Source of the DNA: a virus | Taxonomy: Duplodnaviria; Heunggongvirae; Uroviricota; Caudoviricetes | IMG/VR virus record: IMGVR_UViG_2718218452_000003 | Direction: 5' to 3' (one strand) | DNA length: 35,148 bases | Part shown: positions 27,533 through 35,148 of the stretch, in pieces | Numbering within the stretch: the first letter of the stretch is position 1 | How the letters are laid out: every line of letters begins with the position of its first letter | The notes under the pieces: generated by a model | Databases searched by the model: none | Told to the model about the DNA's origin: nothing | What the model saw: only the letters and a program-made list of their open reading frames with translations | Position numbers and translations under genes: made by a program

Positions 27533-28492
27533 TTACTCCTTGTCCATTGCGTACAGCCCATTAACCAGAGCAAACTGTGGCACCCCGTCCGCGATGAAAG
27601 TCGCATTAACTCCGCAGGCTTCGCGGATAGCGGGTGCCACAATCTCCGCCCCGCCACCGACAACCATCACCCGCCCGTAACCCGAAAAACCCGCCAGCGC
27701 GCGGATCACGCGTTGTTTCAGTGTTTCTTCCTTTTCACGAATAATCGCCATCAGGCTGGCGTAATGCGCGTCATTGTGGATGTGCTGGCGCAGCCAGGCT
27801 TCATTATGGCGATGTTCGATAATGGTATTGGCGATGTGGTGACTGGTGCGCATACCGTTAGTGGCCATCACCGACAGTACGGCATCGGCCATCAGAGAAA
27901 CGCCTACGTGTGGATCGCAAAACACCTGGCTGATACCTGCCAGTTGCCCCTGAACCTTTGCCACATCCAGAGTGGTTCCGCCCAAATCCACAATCAGCAG
28001 GGATTCAAACGGACTCATGTCAGCCAGTGCCTTAAAGCCAGCCGGAATGGATTCAGGCATAACCCGTACGTTACGGATAGTGAATGTTTCGCCGTTCTGG
28101 TACTCCACCGGGCGCATAACGTTCGCTTTTTTGCGGCTGATGTTGGCCATGTCCGGCTGTGCGTTTGTGTCGAAATACTCGCTCAATGGCAGGGTGACAA
28201 CCACATCCACCTCCTGTGGCGTGATGCCTGATTTGACCAGCGCGTGATGAATGGCAATGACATTCACATCGCTGTACTGGTATTGCGTGTCGGTCGTCTG
28301 GACAAAGCGATCGCTGACCGGATCAAAACCATAGCGCACGCCATCAAGCATGTAGTTCGCGGGCTGCGAGCCACCGAACGGCGCAGACCATTCCGACTTG
28401 AAGCTGTTCGGGCTGATGGCGTTGCGGCGTTCGCCGTTCTCAGTCCATGCCAGCTTGATGTTGGTGGAGCCGTCGTCGATACAAATTTTCAT
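27533..28492 (-). CDS. parM: ParM/StbA-like actin-fold partition ATPase
   Basis: 319 aa. MKICIDDGSTNIKLAW, SPNSFK, QYSDVNVIAIHHAL, MPESIPAG, LLIVDLGGTTLD and VMVVGGGAEI follow plasmid R1 ParM blocks. Confidence 0.8.
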   Translation of the reverse strand: MKICIDDGSTNIKLAWTENGERRNAISPNSFKSEWSAPFGGSQPANYMLDGVRYGFDPVSDRFVQTTDTQYQYSDVNVIAIHHALVKSGITPQEVDVVVTLPLSEYFDTNAQPDMANISRKKANVMRPVEYQNGETFTIRNVRVMPESIPAGFKALADMSPFESLLIVDLGGTTLDVAKVQGQLAGISQVFCDPHVGVSLMADAVLSVMATNGMRTSHHIANTIIEHRHNEAWLRQHIHNDAHYASLMAIIREKEETLKQRVIRALAGFSGYGRVMVVGGGAEIVAPAIREACGVNATFIADGVPQFALVNGLYAMDKE

Positions 28493-28523
28493 GTCGCTTT
28501 TCCTTATGTTGATTAATTAATCG

Positions 28524-28635
28524 TTTACAGGATTTTTAAATCCCGCTTTTGCCTGTTTTGTGCGCGCTTCATATATCGCGGCACGTTTTTTGCTCATTTA
28601 TGGGATTTGTGAATCCCGTTTCTGTCTGTTTTTTG
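28524..28635. repeat. Two ~39-bp imperfect direct repeats (28524..28562 and 28597..28635), candidate parC-like centromere or regulatory site
   Basis: TTTACAGGATTTTTAAATCCCGCTTTTGCCTGTTTTGTG versus TTTATGGGATTTGTGAATCCCGTTTCTGTCTGTTTTTTG, about 31 of 39 identical, each with an internal GGATTT/AAATCC inverted repeat. They lie upstream of parM; the second copy overlaps the last codons of gene A. Confidence 0.5.
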
Positions 28636-31391
28636 TTTCCACTGGTCATGCCACCCCGCAGCAGGTCTGCTTTGCGGCTGGCGCGTTCAGTGGTTTCACT
28701 GATTCTCTGTGCGTGCTCTGCGTCGCGGATGGCGCGCAGCATGTCAGAAAGCACGGTAACGGGTGTTTTCATGGTGTTCTGGTCCTGCTGAAGTGTGGAT
28801 GCCAGGCGTGCGGCGGCTTCAGGGTCTGATGCCCCCAGCTGTGCCAGATAGCTGGCGACCGGGTTATGGCGGATCTCCGTGCTGCTTACGCCATGATTAC
28901 GGCTCAGGCGCTGCCAGAGCTGCGTGATTCGGCTGTCCGGGCGGGTATCCGGTTTGCGTACAATTTCAAATCCCTGCGGTGCAATGATGCTGCCGTCAAC
29001 GTACAGACTGCCGCCCCGTAACAGGTGCTGCATCTGTTGTTCACCGATATGCAGGCCGAGAGATTCAGCAGACTCCCGCCATTCTTTAGCGAGTAATTCG
29101 TGGTTATCAGGCAAAGGCCGTGGCTGTTTGCGGCTCTGTGTCCAGCTCTGCATTTCATCGCTGCTGTTTTTTGCCTGTTTGTCACGAAGCGAACGCATCA
29201 GCGCCCGGCGTTCGTGTCGTTTCAGTGAGCGCATCCATTCGTTCACTTCAACGCCATCAGGGAGCTGCGGCCACGGTGCTGGCCGTTCTTCCGGCTGTTC
29301 TGTCCCGTTGTTGTCCGTTTCCTGTACACGGGGACAGTTATTGCCACGAGTCCAAGGGGCGGCAGGGCCGCCCTGAAGGTCAAAACCATTTTCGCGGGCG
29401 CTGTCTTCCGCTTCCGGTTTACGTCTTACCAGCTTCCAGTTATCCGGGTGCGTGCACACACGGGAGGATTCCCCGATGAGTGGTGACCAGATCCCGTAAA
29501 TCTGTACACTCTGTTCGCCGTAATCGTTCAGCTCATCTGCGAGGTCGTAGGCGGTGCGAATCAGGTAGTCTTTGCGTGGAACAAGTACGCCACCCTGTTT
29601 CTCAATGTAGGTGGCAAAACACCCGGCATCAGCGGCAGCGAGTACCGCATCCATTGCGTCATTTTCCAGACGTTGTGGACCTTCCGGGTTGCGGGCCATC
29701 TGACTGGCAAGGCGGCGGAGTTCACGCCATACCTGACGGGAGGGGATACCAAAGAACTGGAACTGGCGGACGCGGTGAAGACGCGCCCAGCCGATGGCGC
29801 GTTCCACGCTCTCGGCCATTGATTTTCCGGTTTCGTGGTCCACGCGTGGCTTGCCCGTTTTCGGGTCGATGCCATCCACGGCGCGGCTGTCCAGGTTCTT
29901 TCCGATGTAGGTGGCGATGTAGCTGGTTGGCGTGCCTTTTGAGCCGTCGACGTACTCCGCTTTAAAACGCGGAGTTATGTCATCGCCCAGCTCGTGGCGG
30001 TCTTCCTGAATGGCAATATCACAGACGTGGGACACGATGGTTTCAATCTCGTCCGGATGTGCAAAGACCATCATATGCCAGTGCACAGTGCCGTCATGGT
30101 GAGGCTCCACCGTGCGGATGCCATACCAGCGAAGACCGTCGCGGTTCAGTTTTTTGCGGACCGCCGCAAAAAACGTGTTAACCAGGTAATCGCTGGAGTC
30201 GCGCATGGTGGCCCCGTTCCATTTGGGATTCGGATGACCGTTCTCCGTTGTTGCGTGGTATTTTGACGGGCAGGTGACAGTCAGAAACACCGCTCTGTCG
30301 CCACGGGCTTCGGCCAGAAATTCCAGCCCCTTCATGGTGGCCATCATTTCTGCCTTACGGTGAACCGGGTTACTTACTCCCGCGTAATACACCGTCTCGA
30401 GATCAATCGTGAACCCGTCTTCATTTTCCAGCATGAAACTTTTCAGGAAATCGCGTGTTTTCTCGTGCTGTGCGCGAAACTCGCTTAACGCGTCCTGGCT
30501 CAGATAGGGTGATGTTTTTCTGGAAACCAGACAGGCGGCGCGGAGTTGTTCTTCTCTCCACTCGCAACGTAACAGCCACAGTTTGCGTTTCCACCATTCC
30601 GCACAGGTCAGGCGAAGGATTGCGCCCGGCAGCAGCTCCGTGTCCGGTTCGTTCCTCCGGTCTTTATCTGTTGTCAGTGCGTCATAATGTGGAGGCATGA
30701 TGTGCAGGTGTAACGCCATGCGGGCCAGCATCTGATACGCCTTCAGCGTTACATCCATGGTCAGTTCGCCATCGGTCGCGCCAAAGCCATCGCAGAGTTT
30801 TTCGAAGGTGCTGCTGAACATCGCCGCCGTCATGGTGGCCAGCGTCTGTATCTGGTGTTTGTTGAGCTGCGGCAGGTAAAGCAAATCGTCCAGGCGTTCG
30901 CGTCCGGCAAGGGAGCGATAACCCGGTGTCAGCCAGTGTCCGTCAGTGCGATCCAGACGTTCGAATATTTTGCGCAGGGTTCCGCGTGCATAGCGTTCCG
31001 CCTGCCAGCTCTTTTTGCCTTTCCGGCGATCGGCTTCCTGTTTTTTGCGCAGGAAGGAGAGGTGGCGAATAAGCGGATCGCGCAGATAGGACGGCAGCAG
31101 GCGCAGCGAGGCCATGGCTTCATCCACCGCGCCGCGTGCCTGTTTTCTGGCGTCTCCTGCCAGTGTGATGGTTTTGTCCTGTTTTTCCTGTGCGTCCAGG
31201 CTTTTATTAATCAGGTTGCCCAGCGGCATGGCGGAGAACGCCGCATCAGCCATTTCCTGGCGGCGCTCGTTCTCTACCCGGTAGGCATCCAGCCAGGAGG
31301 AAAGCGCGGATTCAGGAGCGGGGATCCCCGTTCCTTCACGCCCCACTGCGTGGCGCGGTTGTTGCCAGTCCCTGATGTACTCTGCCGTCAT
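28569..31391 (-). CDS. A: Replication initiation protein A (rolling-circle HUH endonuclease)
   Basis: 940 aa with the HUH-type motif VHWHMMVFAH and conserved gpA blocks. Appears to carry a long C-terminal extension compared with recalled P2 gpA. Confidence 0.85.
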   Translation of the reverse strand: MTAEYIRDWQQPRHAVGREGTGIPAPESALSSWLDAYRVENERRQEMADAAFSAMPLGNLINKSLDAQEKQDKTITLAGDARKQARGAVDEAMASLRLLPSYLRDPLIRHLSFLRKKQEADRRKGKKSWQAERYARGTLRKIFERLDRTDGHWLTPGYRSLAGRERLDDLLYLPQLNKHQIQTLATMTAAMFSSTFEKLCDGFGATDGELTMDVTLKAYQMLARMALHLHIMPPHYDALTTDKDRRNEPDTELLPGAILRLTCAEWWKRKLWLLRCEWREEQLRAACLVSRKTSPYLSQDALSEFRAQHEKTRDFLKSFMLENEDGFTIDLETVYYAGVSNPVHRKAEMMATMKGLEFLAEARGDRAVFLTVTCPSKYHATTENGHPNPKWNGATMRDSSDYLVNTFFAAVRKKLNRDGLRWYGIRTVEPHHDGTVHWHMMVFAHPDEIETIVSHVCDIAIQEDRHELGDDITPRFKAEYVDGSKGTPTSYIATYIGKNLDSRAVDGIDPKTGKPRVDHETGKSMAESVERAIGWARLHRVRQFQFFGIPSRQVWRELRRLASQMARNPEGPQRLENDAMDAVLAAADAGCFATYIEKQGGVLVPRKDYLIRTAYDLADELNDYGEQSVQIYGIWSPLIGESSRVCTHPDNWKLVRRKPEAEDSARENGFDLQGGPAAPWTRGNNCPRVQETDNNGTEQPEERPAPWPQLPDGVEVNEWMRSLKRHERRALMRSLRDKQAKNSSDEMQSWTQSRKQPRPLPDNHELLAKEWRESAESLGLHIGEQQMQHLLRGGSLYVDGSIIAPQGFEIVRKPDTRPDSRITQLWQRLSRNHGVSSTEIRHNPVASYLAQLGASDPEAAARLASTLQQDQNTMKTPVTVLSDMLRAIRDAEHAQRISETTERASRKADLLRGGMTSGNKKQTETGFTNPINEQKTCRDI

Positions 31392-31397
31392 AGTGAT

Positions 31398-31763
31398 TTA
31401 CTTCGTCATGCCATTCAGGGTGTCGCGGCAGACTGTAGCCAGCCGCTGAATTTCCAGCACGGTGTCTTCTGTGTCGGCATGGCGATGTGTGATGCGGATG
31501 CTGTCGGCAATCACATCGACGATTGCAGAGGATGGGCGCTGGTAAATGCCATTAACGGACGGGGTGCCACCTTCAATGCGGTAAAGCCTGTAATTTCCCT
31601 CGTGGCTGTCAATCATGTAGCGACCATCAATAACAATCTTTCCGTCAGCGAGCTGCGGTACAGGCAGGGATTTCAGGTACATGTCATAACGATCACGCAC
31701 GCGAACGGCAAGATCACGCTCTGTGTTGAGCAGGTATTCAAGAAAGTCGTTGGCGAGAATCAT
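31398..31763 (-). CDS. Hypothetical early-region protein (121 aa)
   Basis: ORF immediately upstream of gene A, at the position of the small P2 early ORFs. Confidence 0.5.
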   Translation of the reverse strand: MILANDFLEYLLNTERDLAVRVRDRYDMYLKSLPVPQLADGKIVIDGRYMIDSHEGNYRLYRIEGGTPSVNGIYQRPSSAIVDVIADSIRITHRHADTEDTVLEIQRLATVCRDTLNGMTK

Positions 31764-31904
31764 TGCGGCAATCCTCTTGTTACAGATGTGCGAAGGCCTC
31801 CCGCCACAAGGTGCAGGAAAGGCCCGGAACAGGAATTAATGGAGTTTGTTTTGCTGCCGGATGAGCTGCTGAAGCCCGACGTGGTTTCCGGCAGTTGGAG
31901 GTGC

Positions 31905-32150
31905 TCATGCTCTGATTTCCCTCAGTAGCTGGTTGAACATCTGGGTTAGTGGGTTGCTACACCCAAACGGCATCGGGTTTACCTGATAAGAAAAGCGACC
32001 GCCTGTTTTGCGCTCTTTTCTTGTGACTAAACCGCTGCGCCAGAGACGGCGTAGCTCCGCATTAATGGTTGTAGTTGGTGTATTCAGTGCTGCGGCGATT
32101 TCTCCACTGCTACAACCCGGATTGGCAGCGATGTAGTCCAGAATGGTCAT
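31905..32150 (-). CDS. Small winged-helix DNA-binding protein (81 aa)
   Basis: MTILDYIAANPGCSSGEIAAALNTPTTTINAELRRLWRSGLVTRKER has a helix-turn-helix/wing pattern. Confidence 0.5.
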   Translation of the reverse strand: MTILDYIAANPGCSSGEIAAALNTPTTTINAELRRLWRSGLVTRKERKTGGRFSYQVNPMPFGCSNPLTQMFNQLLREIRA

Positions 32151-32350
32151 CTGCGTGACTCCTGTACCTGTCTGATAAGATTCACCTGCACCACGTTGGT
32201 GGCGCAGAAGTAAGTGCCGTCAGTGAGATAGATGTGATGTGCATCCTTTTCTGAACGGTGTTTGTCGATTGTGGTAATCAGGCGTTCGTCAACTTCGTAT
32301 TCACGTCCTCTGGAGGTGAAACGAACGACAGGAAAATGCTTAATTGCCAT
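32147..32350 (-). CDS. Hypothetical early protein (67 aa)
   Basis: Start at ATG 32350 with a strong GGAGG RBS. The track ORF is extended to 32401. Confidence 0.5.
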   Translation of the reverse strand: MAIKHFPVVRFTSRGREYEVDERLITTIDKHRSEKDAHHIYLTDGTYFCATNVVQVNLIRQVQESRR

Positions 32351-32436
32351 TACGCCTCCTTGGCGTGTGCGAATACCTCCGCGAATGCGGATTGTTTTCA
32401 CATTTTCTTATTTAACCTGGGGTTTTATTTGCGCGG

Positions 32437-32550
32437 TTATTCTTCAGTGAAAAAGCGTTCAATCTTTTTTACTGAATTAATAATTCGCATAATCCCAATG
32501 GCGCAGACCACCGAAATAATCAGAACACGCCATGAAATAAATATACTCAT
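32437..32550 (-). CDS. Small hydrophobic peptide (37 aa, single predicted TM)
   Basis: MSIFISWRVLIISVVCAIGIMRIINSVKKIERFFTEE. Its ATG overlaps the stop of the upstream gene (ATGA), suggesting coupling. Not in the ORF track. Confidence 0.4.
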   Translation of the reverse strand: MSIFISWRVLIISVVCAIGIMRIINSVKKIERFFTEE

Positions 32551-32792
32551 GCGATATTTCCCAGCTTATACGGTTCAATATGTTCCCCGCATTCTGCGGC
32601 ACAGATCAGCTCGGAAAGTTCGTTAAGTGCATCCAGATCATCAGCGTAAAAAGCCACGTCATACAGACTTCGGATTGCTCTGGTCAATGAGTCACGGGCC
32701 GCACGTTCAGCATGAGCGCCTGATGCACTTAAGCGAAAATAAAAACGCTCAAGTGCTTTGTTAATGAGAGTTTTATATTCTTTGCCCATCAC
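32547..32792 (-). CDS. Hypothetical early protein (81 aa)
   Basis: ORF in the early operon. Confidence 0.45.
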   Translation of the reverse strand: MMGKEYKTLINKALERFYFRLSASGAHAERAARDSLTRAIRSLYDVAFYADDLDALNELSELICAAECGEHIEPYKLGNIA

Positions 32793-32800
32793 AACGCCCT

Positions 32801-33079
32801 TTAATCTGCTTTCTGAATTTCAGCTTCTGAATCCATACAAATAATTTCGATATAGGGTTCATCGCCATTAATCTTACGTGCTTTTTCAGCTTCGCTAATG
32901 ATTCCGTGTACAGTCTGGTACGGAAGTTCTACGGTCAGGCGCGTGCCGTTCAGATAAACGTAAGTAGCTGCATTTTTTTCTGATGGGACAACTCCATCAA
33001 TAGCTGATGCGCGCAATAACAGTTCACCGCGAAAATCAATAAAACGGATAAATACACCTTGTGCATGCTCTTTGGTCAT
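32801..33079 (-). CDS. Hypothetical early protein (92 aa)
   Basis: Start at ATG 33079. The track ORF is extended and overlaps the upstream gene. Confidence 0.45.
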   Translation of the reverse strand: MTKEHAQGVFIRFIDFRGELLLRASAIDGVVPSEKNAATYVYLNGTRLTVELPYQTVHGIISEAEKARKINGDEPYIEIICMDSEAEIQKAD

Positions 33080-33089
33080 AACGCACCTG

Positions 33090-33428
33090 TTATAAATCAG
33101 TCTGTTTAATAAAACTTTGCCCGCGAAGCAGACGATCAACCGTGCGAAGTGCTTCGTACAATGTGAAATCCTGTCCAAACTGATTGTCGCCGTTGCTCAG
33201 AGCAAAAATGCGGTTTCCGGTAAATGGGTTGCGTTGGCATCTGTGAACCACGATTCCAGCTTTTTCAATCAGCCAGGTGTGTTCGCCAATTTGTTTTACT
33301 GTATGGCCATCTGGCGTTGCGTGTGTCTCGCTCAAGCTGTAGCGGATGTTGCTGCGTGATGCGCTGGTAGCGAAACGGTTAGCTTGGCGTTCCGTTTCGG
33401 TGCGAAAATTACGGCGTTGCTTCAGCAT
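33090..33428 (-). CDS. Hypothetical early protein (112 aa)
   Basis: ORF in the early operon. Confidence 0.45.
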   Translation of the reverse strand: MLKQRRNFRTETERQANRFATSASRSNIRYSLSETHATPDGHTVKQIGEHTWLIEKAGIVVHRCQRNPFTGNRIFALSNGDNQFGQDFTLYEALRTVDRLLRGQSFIKQTDL

Positions 33429-33442
33429 AAAATGACACCTCG

Positions 33443-33721
33443 TTATTTTGTCATCTGCACGTATTTCTCTGCGTTTCTGATGGTTTTCAGGAAAATTGCG
33501 AAGAGATTTACTGTACGTTTTGAGTTTTTTTCTTCTTGGTTGATGGGAAGGGCTGCTCTGTCAGCCTGCCTTTTCACTGCATTAACAGTTTGATTGGTAC
33601 GCTTCGCGTAATCTTTCAGGCTTTCTTCGAGTACCGGTAATCCATGCTCATCGCGGTATGGGTAGAACGCCGCCAAACGCTCAAAATCCGCTTGCTCGTA
33701 TGTGTTCAAGAGCTTTGTCAT
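33443..33721 (-). CDS. First gene of the early operon, divergent from the repressor (Cox/Apl-position protein)
   Basis: 92 aa. Assigned by position only; the sequence was not recognised as P2 Cox. Confidence 0.4.
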   Translation of the reverse strand: MTKLLNTYEQADFERLAAFYPYRDEHGLPVLEESLKDYAKRTNQTVNAVKRQADRAALPINQEEKNSKRTVNLFAIFLKTIRNAEKYVQMTK

Positions 33722-33759
33722 GATGTGATAACCTGTTCAGTCTGTGGTTATTTGTTGCT

Positions 33760-33802
33760 AAAAGTCGTCTCTAGGCGACTTTTAGGGTTAATTTAGTCGT
33801 CT
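33760..33802. promoter_or_regulatory. Candidate operator in the C / early-operon divergent promoter region
   Basis: Inverted repeat AAAAGTCG-N8-CGACTTTT (33760..33783) and a direct repeat of AGTCGTCT at 33763 and 33795, just upstream of the C start codon. Confidence 0.45.
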
Positions 33803-33812
33803 GGAGACCACC

Positions 33813-34124
33813 ATGTCAAGTGGGTATGAAAAAAAACTGAAAGAGATACGGAAAAGTGAAGGGTTAACTCAAGCTGAGTTTGCTGATGTTACTGGGATAA
33901 ATCTCGGAACTATAAAGAATTATGAGAGCGGTAAAAGAGAGGTTGGTTTAAGCGTTGTTGATCGCGTAATTAATTCTAAGGATTTCGAAAAATACACTAT
34001 ATGGCTTATGACGGGAAAAACAAATGAGGCTGCTGGGCAGATCAGTCCCTCTCTCTCCCCTGATGGGCCAGAAAACACATCGTCTTCTCAAAAATCCCGC
34101 AAGACTGGTACACAGCCCGGCTAA
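33813..34124 (+). CDS. C: Immunity repressor C (HTH)
   Basis: 103 aa. The HTH region and the C-terminal KYTIWLMTGKTNEAAGQISPSL...KTG resemble P2 repressor C. GGAG RBS. Confidence 0.8.
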   Translation: MSSGYEKKLKEIRKSEGLTQAEFADVTGINLGTIKNYESGKREVGLSVVDRVINSKDFEKYTIWLMTGKTNEAAGQISPSLSPDGPENTSSSQKSRKTGTQPG

Positions 34125-34173
34125 TCATGGAACGCTGGGGGCATGGTGGTCTTGTAACGCTGGGGTTTCACGA

Positions 34174-35148
34174 ATGAGCATAAAATCAATTCCGGGAGGG
34201 TATCTTCTTGACATGCGCCCTGAGGGGCGTAAAGGCAAACGCATTCGCAAAAAATTTAAAACGAAATCGGATGCAGTTTTATATGAGCGGTGGGTGCTGG
34301 CGCAACAGCATAACAATGAGTGGAAAGGAAACTCCATTGATCGCCGTCCGCTGTCGGTGCTTATTGACTTGTGGTGGAAATACCACGGCCAGCTAATGAA
34401 GTCAGGGCATAACACGCGCCTTAAATTGCTGCGCTTGAGTGAGGCAATGGATGACCCGTGTGTGCATAAACTTAATACAACGATGCTCACCGAGCTACGT
34501 GTGTCCAGGATAGAGCAGGGGATACAGCCCAGCACCATTAATCGAGAGATTGGGGCGTTAAGCGCGATGTTTACCGCACTCATCTCATCCGGCCATTTTC
34601 TTAACGATAACCCCGTTCAAGGCCTTAAAGGAATGAAGGTTAACGAGCGCGAAATGGGATATCTGAGTAAGTCTGAATGTGTTCAGTTGCTGGATGCACT
34701 GGCTGAAAATCCCGATGAACGGCTGGCTGTCGAAATCCTTCTGTCGACCGGGGCGCGATGGGGCGAGGTAGCGGCACTGGAGCAGCGCCGTGTTCTTCAT
34801 TGTCGAATCACTTTTTCAAAAACGAAGAACAGCAAAAACCGTACCGTTCCTATTTCTGAAAGCCTGTTTGAAAAGATCAAAAAACGGGGCGGGAAACTGG
34901 TGTTTCCGACGCTGGATTATCCATTAGTTCGCGATGTCATCAAAACGGTCGCACCTGATGTTCCTGACGGCCAGGCTGTTCATGCGCTGCGCCACACCTT
35001 CGCCAGTCATTTCATGATGAACGGCGGCAATATTCTGACGCTCCAGAAAATTCTGGGGCACGCAAAGATTCAGACAACGATGATTTATGCCCATCTTGCG
35101 CCGGATTACTTGCAGGATGCGGTGAGATTTAATCCTATTGCTGGGTAA
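34174..35148 (+). CDS. int: Tyrosine integrase
   Basis: 324 aa from ATG 34174. Blocks GKRIRKKFKTKSDAV, LSTGARWGE, HALRHTFASHFMMNGGNILTLQKILGH and MIYAHLAPDYLQDA match P2 Int, including the catalytic R, HxxR and Y. Ends at the window edge. Confidence 0.9.
   Translation: MSIKSIPGGYLLDMRPEGRKGKRIRKKFKTKSDAVLYERWVLAQQHNNEWKGNSIDRRPLSVLIDLWWKYHGQLMKSGHNTRLKLLRLSEAMDDPCVHKLNTTMLTELRVSRIEQGIQPSTINREIGALSAMFTALISSGHFLNDNPVQGLKGMKVNEREMGYLSKSECVQLLDALAENPDERLAVEILLSTGARWGEVAALEQRRVLHCRITFSKTKNSKNRTVPISESLFEKIKKRGGKLVFPTLDYPLVRDVIKTVAPDVPDGQAVHALRHTFASHFMMNGGNILTLQKILGHAKIQTTMIYAHLAPDYLQDAVRFNPIAG

Noticed and set aside
28524-28635. The two GGATTT/AAATCC hairpins with T-runs as intrinsic terminators
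   Set aside because: The stems are only 5-6 bp and AT-rich, and the T-runs are on the plus strand where no upstream plus-strand gene ends. A repeated protein-binding element upstream of parM is more plausible.
30855-31928. 357-aa plus-strand ORF overlapping gene A and the adjacent early gene
   Set aside because: Antisense to gpA with its HUH motif, and runs across a gene boundary; an artefact of high GC.
1-35148. CRISPR arrays, tRNA or rRNA genes
   Set aside because: No short direct repeats with regular unique spacers and no cloverleaf-like or rRNA-like segments were seen. The window is densely protein-coding, apart from the repeats listed above.

Overview
The window is a near-complete P2-like (Peduovirus-type) temperate phage or prophage of about 35 kb, read in reverse relative to the usual P2 map. 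The C repressor and integrase sit at the right edge, ogr and gpD near the left edge. The standard late modules are all present: terminase and portal (P, Q), capsid genes (O, N, M, L), gpX, a lysis cassette, tail completion and baseplate genes (R, S, V, W, J, I), tail fibre H with its assembly protein G, and the sheath/tube/tape-measure block (FI, FII, E/E', T, U). The replication initiator A and the early genes complete the backbone. Three AT-rich cargo regions interrupt it. The most interesting is a two-gene SIR2-like plus HerA-like ATPase module (957..4465) wedged between gpD and ogr; it matches the known SIR2-HerA antiphage architecture by motif, so the family is probably not new, but its position is unusual. 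The second, downstream of gene A, carries a ParM/ParR-type partition pair with a candidate centromere repeat and a ClpX-zinc-finger-only protein. The third, next to the portal gene, is a Phd/Doc-like toxin-antitoxin pair. A Hok/Gef-like toxin lies at the extreme left edge. The FI-U block is inverted relative to gpD, ogr and the baseplate genes, which differs from canonical P2 order. All calls rest on reading the translations and recalled family motifs; no database search or computation was run.
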